From Thiotrichaceae bacterium (lineage in GTDB: Bacteria; Pseudomonadota; Gammaproteobacteria; Beggiatoales; Beggiatoaceae), in assembly GCA_029939505.1 (NCBI GenBank), contig JAOZSV010000005.1, positions 477 to 64,476 on the forward strand: DNA of 64,000 nt, read 5' to 3'. The position numbers were made by a program, and so were the translations under genes. Positions within the stretch are counted from its first letter, which is position 1. Each line of letters starts with the position of its first letter. The notes below the pieces were generated by a model, which was not told where the DNA came from, did not search any database, and was given only the letters and a program-made list of their open reading frames with translations. Of the stretch, positions 62,424-64,000 are shown in pieces.

Positions 62424-64000
62424 ATGAAAATGCAAAACAACTTAGATGGGTATAAAAAAAACATAGAGACTTTACCCTTAATAAAACATTATCTATCTGA
62501 ATTAGGGGTATATGAACTATTGAAAAAGTACGTCGAAAAAGGACGTAGTCAGGAGGAACCCGCTGAAGGCTTGAGTCTTTTAATTATGAATATCTTGAGT
62601 TCAAACCAACCCCTATATAAAGTTGAAGAATGGTTACAAGCGTATCAAGATGAATCTTTTGATTTCGGGAAAGAGGCATTAGGATTGAATAAAGAAGTGT
62701 TGGCATTTAATGATGACCGGTTTGCTCGAAATTTGGATAAGTTATATCAAGCAGATCGAGGTAGTTTGATGGCGGAATTATCAGCCAAAGCGATCGAAAT
62801 CCACGAACTTGAAACCATTCGAGGTTTCCGTTTTTCTTCAAAAAACGGAAACCTCGAAATTATTCATAATGATACGACTACCGTTACCTTTTCCGGTGAA
62901 TACAATCAGAATGAAGAACTTGGCATACAACTTAAACGGGGATATAACAAAGACGGTCGCCCCGATTGTAAGCAAATCGTATTTGGTTTAAACATCACAG
63001 AAGACGGGAATGTACCTATAAGCTACCAGGTTTATGATGGGAATACCTCAGATAATAATACTCATCAAGTTAATTGGAATGAATTGAGAGAAATGATTCA
63101 AGATGAACAATTTATCTACGTAGCTGATAGTAAGCTGTGTACTCTGGAAACGTTAAATTACCTGGATTCAAAAGGGGGTCAGTTTATAAGCATATTCCCC
63201 AAAAATCGTCAGGAAGTTAAGGCGTTCCATGATAAACTCTGTTGTGGAAAAGTTGTTTGGAAAAATACCCTAGCGGTTCCTAACTCCAGAAAACGAACAG
63301 AAACAGTCAATTATCTCACTTGTGCTGGCGAAACCACTCGTGAAGGGTATCCCATTTTATGGGTCCATAGTGATGCTAAAGCCATTAGTGACTCTCATCA
63401 GCGTCAAAAAAAGGTGACAGCCAGTGAAAAAACTTTAAAAAAACTCGCCGGAAAACTTAACCGTTATCATTTGAAAACCGTTACAGAAATAGAAGCAGCC
63501 GTGCTGAAATATTTAACCGGAACAAAAGAGTATTTTAATTACCAGATCATTGCAGAAACTCAAGTGGTTAGGAAACAAAACCAGCGTGGCCAGCCTGGTA
63601 AAAACACGAAATATGAAGAAAAAACGAAAACGATTTACCGTTTAGAATATCAACTTAACCAAGAGGCTTTAAATAAAGCATCACTTTTGGATGGAATATT
63701 TCCTCTGGTTCATAATGTGATCAATTTGACCGATAAAAAAATACTCGAAACCTATAAGAAACAGCCCTACTTGGAAAAACGTCACTCCACTTTTAAAAGT
63801 GTTAATCAGGTCGCACCGGTGAAGAAAAATACGCGCATTGAAGCAATGTTATTCCTTCATTTCGTGGCACTTATGGTTTTAAGTTTAATGGAACGTAACA
63901 TACGCCTTAGTATGGCTGAACAAAATCTTGAAAAGTTGCCCATTTTGCCACAAGGAATGAATACGAAAACACCAACATGGTCAAATCTGAAATATTTTTT
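62424..64000 (+). CDS. IS1634/IS4-family DDE transposase (3' end beyond the window)
   Basis: I translated the frame from ATG 62424 by hand and found no stop up to nt 64000. It is absent from the ORF track, presumably because it is open-ended. Motifs: IIHNDTTTVTFSGEY, GYNKDGRPDCKQIVFGLNITEDGNVPISYQVYDGNTSDNNTH, YVADSKLCT, YKKQPYLEKRHSTFKS (the Y-R-E-K region), as I remember for IS1634-group IS4 transposases. Confidence 0.8.
   Translation, partial: MKMQNNLDGYKKNIETLPLIKHYLSELGVYELLKKYVEKGRSQEEPAEGLSLLIMNILSSNQPLYKVEEWLQAYQDESFDFGKEALGLNKEVLAFNDDRFARNLDKLYQADRGSLMAELSAKAIEIHELETIRGFRFSSKNGNLEIIHNDTTTVTFSGEYNQNEELGIQLKRGYNKDGRPDCKQIVFGLNITEDGNVPISYQVYDGNTSDNNTHQVNWNELREMIQDEQFIYVADSKLCTLETLNYLDSKGGQFISIFPKNRQEVKAFHDKLCCGKVVWKNTLAVPNSRKRTETVNYLTCAGETTREGYPILWVHSDAKAISDSHQRQKKVTASEKTLKKLAGKLNRYHLKTVTEIEAAVLKYLTGTKEYFNYQIIAETQVVRKQNQRGQPGKNTKYEEKTKTIYRLEYQLNQEALNKASLLDGIFPLVHNVINLTDKKILETYKKQPYLEKRHSTFKSVNQVAPVKKNTRIEAMLFLHFVALMVLSLMERNIRLSMAEQNLEKLPILPQGMNTKTPTWSNLKYF
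62818..62858. repeat. Perfect 18-bp-stem palindrome inside the transposase ORF, in frame
   Basis: TTCGAGGTTTCCGTTTTT (62818-62835), loop CTTCA, AAAAACGGAAACCTCGAA (62841-62858). Codons 62820-62858 (39 nt) encode RGFRFSSKNGNLE, lying between ELETI and IIHNDTTTV. Confidence 0.85.

Noticed and set aside
62809-62991. 60-aa + strand ORF from the track
   Set aside because: It is out of frame inside the long open transposase frame that starts at 62424, and it spans the palindrome.
1-64000. Search for rRNA, tRNA, riboswitch, ER, MT, epimerase, heterocyclisation, halogenase, PPTase, MbtH and ABC-exporter signatures
   Set aside because: None was recognised on either strand. Absence is based on reading by eye only and should be confirmed with tRNAscan, Infernal or antiSMASH.

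Overview
This AT-rich bacterial window is dominated by one co-directional (+ strand) biosynthetic locus, about nt 400-58340. All domain and family calls come from reading motifs by eye; no database search was possible.

Eight tightly packed megasynthase genes (603-53159) encode a colinear assembly line:
- FAAL-ACP-KS-AT-DH-KR-ACP
- KS-AT-DH-KR-ACP
- KS-AT-DH-KR-ACP
- KS-AT-KR-ACP
- KS-AT(dead)-AT
- ACP-aminotransferase-C-A-PCP
- (C-A-PCP)x3
- dock-C-A-PCP-KS-AT-KR-CP-TE

Read colinearly, this predicts a fatty-acid-primed 3-amino-5-hydroxy-6,8,10-trienoic acid joined to X-Gly-(Dab-like)-(Glu-like)-Val. The Val is extended by one ketide and reduced before thioesterase release. The beta-amino lipopeptide logic resembles iturin or puwainaphycin, but I do not recognise this architecture.

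Downstream of the megasynthases lie three things:
- an EctB/PvdH-type diaminobutyrate transaminase;
- a four-gene FkbK/FkbJ/FkbI/FkbH-type hydroxymalonyl-ACP cassette with no O-methyltransferase and no free-standing AT;
- a P-type ATPase that lacks the CPx metal motif.

The most unusual point is the aminotransferase module. It carries a dead, internally deleted AT followed in cis by a second, divergent GYSxG-type AT. That second AT is paralogous to the AT of the terminal PKS module. The module is also split between AT and carrier domain.

The right flank is stacked mobile DNA: a 147-bp MITE-like element with a 10-bp target duplication, a family of TTCGAGG...CCTCGAA palindromes (one inserted in frame in a transposase gene), a decayed IS630 copy, and an IS1634/IS4-like transposase gene that runs off the window. 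The left flank holds an NRPS C-domain relic and a near-consensus sigma70 promoter. I saw no rRNA, tRNA or CRISPR array.
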